Part shown: positions 46,968-49,417 of the stretch, piece after piece
Numbering within the stretch: the first letter of the stretch is position 1
Layout: every line of letters starts with the position of its first letter
Source: a virus
Lineage: Duplodnaviria > Caudoviricetes
DNA length: 49,417 nt
IMG/VR virus record: IMGVR_UViG_3300046779_000207
Location: 1 to 49,417 of that record
Strand: one strand, 5' to 3'
The notes under the pieces: model-generated
Databases searched by the model: none
Seen by the model: the letters and a program-made list of their open reading frames with translations, nothing else
Told to the model about the DNA's origin: nothing
Program-made: the position numbers and the translations under genes

Positions 46968-47830
46968 ATGTAGAAGCAGAGTTCGGCAATGAATTAATCG
47001 TATACTGTCCATACCACAATAACACAAGAACACCAGCAGGAGAAATCTCAAAAGAGTTTGGTAGGTTTTTCTGCTTTGGATGCCAAGCAACAAAAGGCTT
47101 AGACGAGTTTGTAATGACTATATCTGGGCGTACATACTTTGAAGCAATTAGATATATTAAGAGTAAGGGTCAAGAGACTGACCTAACTTCTGTTATCAAT
47201 AAAACACTTTACAGCCCACCTGACTTTGTTCCATATGATGAACTGCTTATCAAGAGATTACATAATCAGGCTATGGAGTCTCCAAGAGCAATAAGATATT
47301 TTGAAGGTCGCAAGATAACTAAGGAATCAATGATCAAGTTTTCTTTGGGTTATTCAGCAAACCAAGACTCAGTAATTGTTCCAATGCATAACCATGAAAG
47401 TATGTGTTTAGGGTTTGTCGCTAGAACTGTTGAGGGTAAAGAGTTTAAGAATACTCCAGGACTACCAAAGAGCAAGATACTATTTAATTTAAACAGGATT
47501 AAAGCATCTAACACAGTCTATGTAGTGGAATCATCTTTTGATGCTATCCGCTTGGATCAAGTAGGTTTCCCAGCAGTTGCTACTCTGGGTGCTAATGTGT
47601 CTGTATCTCAGATCAGACTATTAGAAAAGTACTTCAACAATGTTGTACTTATTGCAGACAATGATGAAGCAGGCGTAATCATGTCCGAAAAGTTAATTGA
47701 AAAACTTGGGTCAATGGTTACGATTGTAAATCTAGATAAAAAATACAAAGACATAGGTGATATGGATGATGAGTCAATTAAGAAACTTGAGTTCTCATTT
47801 GACAGTTCTATCACTGCTATGCTAAAATAA
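46886..47830 (+). CDS. dnaG: DNA primase (Zn finger plus TOPRIM)
   Basis: CPYH...FFCFGC, VVESSFDA, VATLGA, ADNDEAG, KDIGDM. Confidence 0.9.
   Translation: MDSRNRRTQGDIYTEEQIRRVLNGIGVDVEAEFGNELIVYCPYHNNTRTPAGEISKEFGRFFCFGCQATKGLDEFVMTISGRTYFEAIRYIKSKGQETDLTSVINKTLYSPPDFVPYDELLIKRLHNQAMESPRAIRYFEGRKITKESMIKFSLGYSANQDSVIVPMHNHESMCLGFVARTVEGKEFKNTPGLPKSKILFNLNRIKASNTVYVVESSFDAIRLDQVGFPAVATLGANVSVSQIRLLEKYFNNVVLIADNDEAGVIMSEKLIEKLGSMVTIVNLDKKYKDIGDMDDESIKKLEFSFDSSITAMLK
47799..47828 (+). promoter_or_regulatory. Promoter TTGACA-N18-TAAAAT (TG-extended) for ssb/dnaE
   Basis: Perfect -35 at 47799-47804 and TGCTAAAAT at 47820-47828. Confidence 0.7.
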
Positions 47831-47855
47831 AAAGATAACTAACAAAGGAGAACAC

Positions 47856-48512
47856 ATGAGCGTAGTAAAGGGACTCAAAAACATTAATGCCCTGCTCGAT
47901 AAGCCAAAGTATGACGAAAACTCACCAAAGGTGAAGTGGCTAAAACTTGCTGACGGACAGTCAGTAAAGATTCGTTTCATTGAAGAACTAGATGAAGATT
48001 CTGCAAATTATAATGCAGAACGTGGTCTTGCACTAGTTGTTAAGGAACACACAAATCCAAAGGACTACAAGCGCAAGGCTGTAGATACAATGGAATCAGA
48101 AGGCCGTGACTGGGCTGAAGAGATGCATCGCAAGGATCCAAAGGCTGGCTGGAGAGGTCGTCTTCGTTTCTACTGCAACGTACTTGTAGATGATGGTATT
48201 GAAGCACCTTATGTGGCTATTTGGTCAATGGGTGTTAGCAAGCAATCTGCATTTAACACTATTCGTGAGTATGCTCTTGAAACAGGAAGCATCTCAAACG
48301 TAGTCTGGAAGGTAAAGCGTAATGGTCAGGGAACTGAAACATCTTACACAATTATTCCAGGCGCTCCAGATAAGGAACCTTTTGATTGGTCAGAAGTAAA
48401 GCCTTATCCGCTTGAGTCAGCACTTAAGAAGATTCCTTATGCTGAACAAGAAGCATTCTATTTGGGCTTTGACGGTCCATCTACTTCTTCTGCTACCAAT
48501 ATTGACTGGTAG
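47856..48512 (+). CDS. ssb: Single-stranded DNA-binding protein (gp32-like)
   Basis: KLADGQSVKIRF...KVKRNGQGTETSYTIIP, acidic/aromatic tail NIDW; replication context. Confidence 0.7.
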   Translation: MSVVKGLKNINALLDKPKYDENSPKVKWLKLADGQSVKIRFIEELDEDSANYNAERGLALVVKEHTNPKDYKRKAVDTMESEGRDWAEEMHRKDPKAGWRGRLRFYCNVLVDDGIEAPYVAIWSMGVSKQSAFNTIREYALETGSISNVVWKVKRNGQGTETSYTIIPGAPDKEPFDWSEVKPYPLESALKKIPYAEQEAFYLGFDGPSTSSATNIDW

Positions 48513-48515
48513 TAG

Positions 48516-49417
48516 ATGAATTACGTAGGCTTACACGTACACACACACTATTCATTATTTGATGGTGTTGCTACTCCAGAAGAATATATTGACCGAGCAG
48601 TTGAACTTGGTATGCCAGCATTGGCTATCACAGATCACGGAACCTTATCTGGGCATCGGGAACTGTACCGCATTGCAAAAGCAAAAGGTGTAAAGCCTAT
48701 TCTTGGCGTAGAAGGATATTTTTGTGTAGATAGATTTGATAAGAGGGCAAAGGCAGAACGCACTGAGCCAACTGATATGGTCTATAACCACATTATCCTT
48801 CTCGCTAAGAACCAACTTGGTTTAGAAAATCTAAACAAGATTAATGAAATCGCTTGGACTGAAGGATATTTCAGTAAGCCACGCTTTGACTTTGAAGTTC
48901 TTGAAAAGTACAGCGAAGGCATTATTGTTCTATCTGGATGTTTGAGCGGTATCATTGCAAAAGCATTAGAGCATGGTGAGTATGCTCAGGCTAAGAAACA
49001 CATTGAGTGGTTCAAGCGTGTATTCAAAGATGATTTTTATATGGAACTCATGCCACATAATGGCGCAGAGGTTAATAAACAACTTGCAGATCTTGCTGAC
49101 GAGTTCAAAATACAGACTGTCGTAACACCAGACTGTCACCATGTTGATGAATCACAAAAAGAGATTCAAGAGTTCAAACTATTAATGAACTCACATGCTA
49201 AAGTGCAAAAGGGTGTTACATACGAGAAGGCTGCTAAGCATCAAGACATGATGGAACGCCTTGACTATTTGTATGGTGAAGACCGTCAAATGTCATTTAA
49301 TAAGTTTGATATCCATCTTTTATCTTATGATGAGATGAAGGTAGCCATGGAATCGCAGGGTATTGTAAGAGAAGATATGTATATCAACTCTATAGCCATT
49401 GCAGATAAGGTAGAAGA
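48516..49417 (+). CDS. dnaE: DNA polymerase III alpha subunit, PHP domain (3'-truncated)
   Basis: Own translation: MNYVGLHVHTHYSLFDG...ALAITDHG...KPILGVEGY...HIILLAKN...KPRFD...LSGCLSG. Not in the ORF track. Confidence 0.93.
   Translation, partial: MNYVGLHVHTHYSLFDGVATPEEYIDRAVELGMPALAITDHGTLSGHRELYRIAKAKGVKPILGVEGYFCVDRFDKRAKAERTEPTDMVYNHIILLAKNQLGLENLNKINEIAWTEGYFSKPRFDFEVLEKYSEGIIVLSGCLSGIIAKALEHGEYAQAKKHIEWFKRVFKDDFYMELMPHNGAEVNKQLADLADEFKIQTVVTPDCHHVDESQKEIQEFKLLMNSHAKVQKGVTYEKAAKHQDMMERLDYLYGEDRQMSFNKFDIHLLSYDEMKVAMESQGIVREDMYINSIAIADKVE

Noticed and set aside
334-47814. Many short alternative-frame and antisense ORFs in the track (e.g. 22480-23067 -, 32582-33403 -, 6705-7154 +)
   Set aside because: They are shadows of strongly biased Ala/Gly/Thr-rich coding frames, lack SD or promoter support and fully overlap better genes.
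48507-48518. ssb and dnaE in the same frame separated by TAG TAG (readthrough or amber recoding)
   Set aside because: Double stop; SSB ends in a typical acidic/aromatic tail; DnaE starts at its normal N-terminus; TAG is a normal stop elsewhere and long ORFs are uninterrupted in the standard code.
1-49417. tRNA/rRNA genes, integrase, introns or inteins
   Set aside because: Intergenic gaps are too short or show no cloverleaf. NrdJ, DnaB, portal and the visible part of DnaE have normal lengths without insertion motifs.

Overview
This window is about 49 kb of a large tailed dsDNA phage genome with siphovirus-type organisation. It is AT-rich by eye and almost entirely + strand. From left to right it carries: (i) at least three tandem three-gene cassettes of paralogous FN3/glycine-rich putative adhesins plus two small followers; (ii) a lone minus-strand secreted lysozyme/SLT-like gene; (iii) a block of fibre/decoration genes; (iv) a B12-dependent class II ribonucleotide reductase (nrdJ); (v) a 1205-aa virion-like protein; (vi) portal, protease/scaffold, major capsid, neck, major tail protein, two paralogous tail chaperones, tape measure and tail-tip genes; (vii) a replication module (HTH protein, DnaB, DnaG, SSB, and a DnaE cut by the window edge). 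About 20 extended -10 promoters (TGnTAnnnT) punctuate the genes, and several would give leaderless mRNAs, which suggests an actinobacterial host (inference). The strongest candidate novelties are the repeated A-B-C adhesin cassettes (a shared domain in all three genes suggests heterotrimers with swappable polyglycine tips) and tail chaperones G and GT apparently encoded by gene duplication instead of the usual programmed frameshift. All family assignments come from motif recognition by eye; no searches were run.
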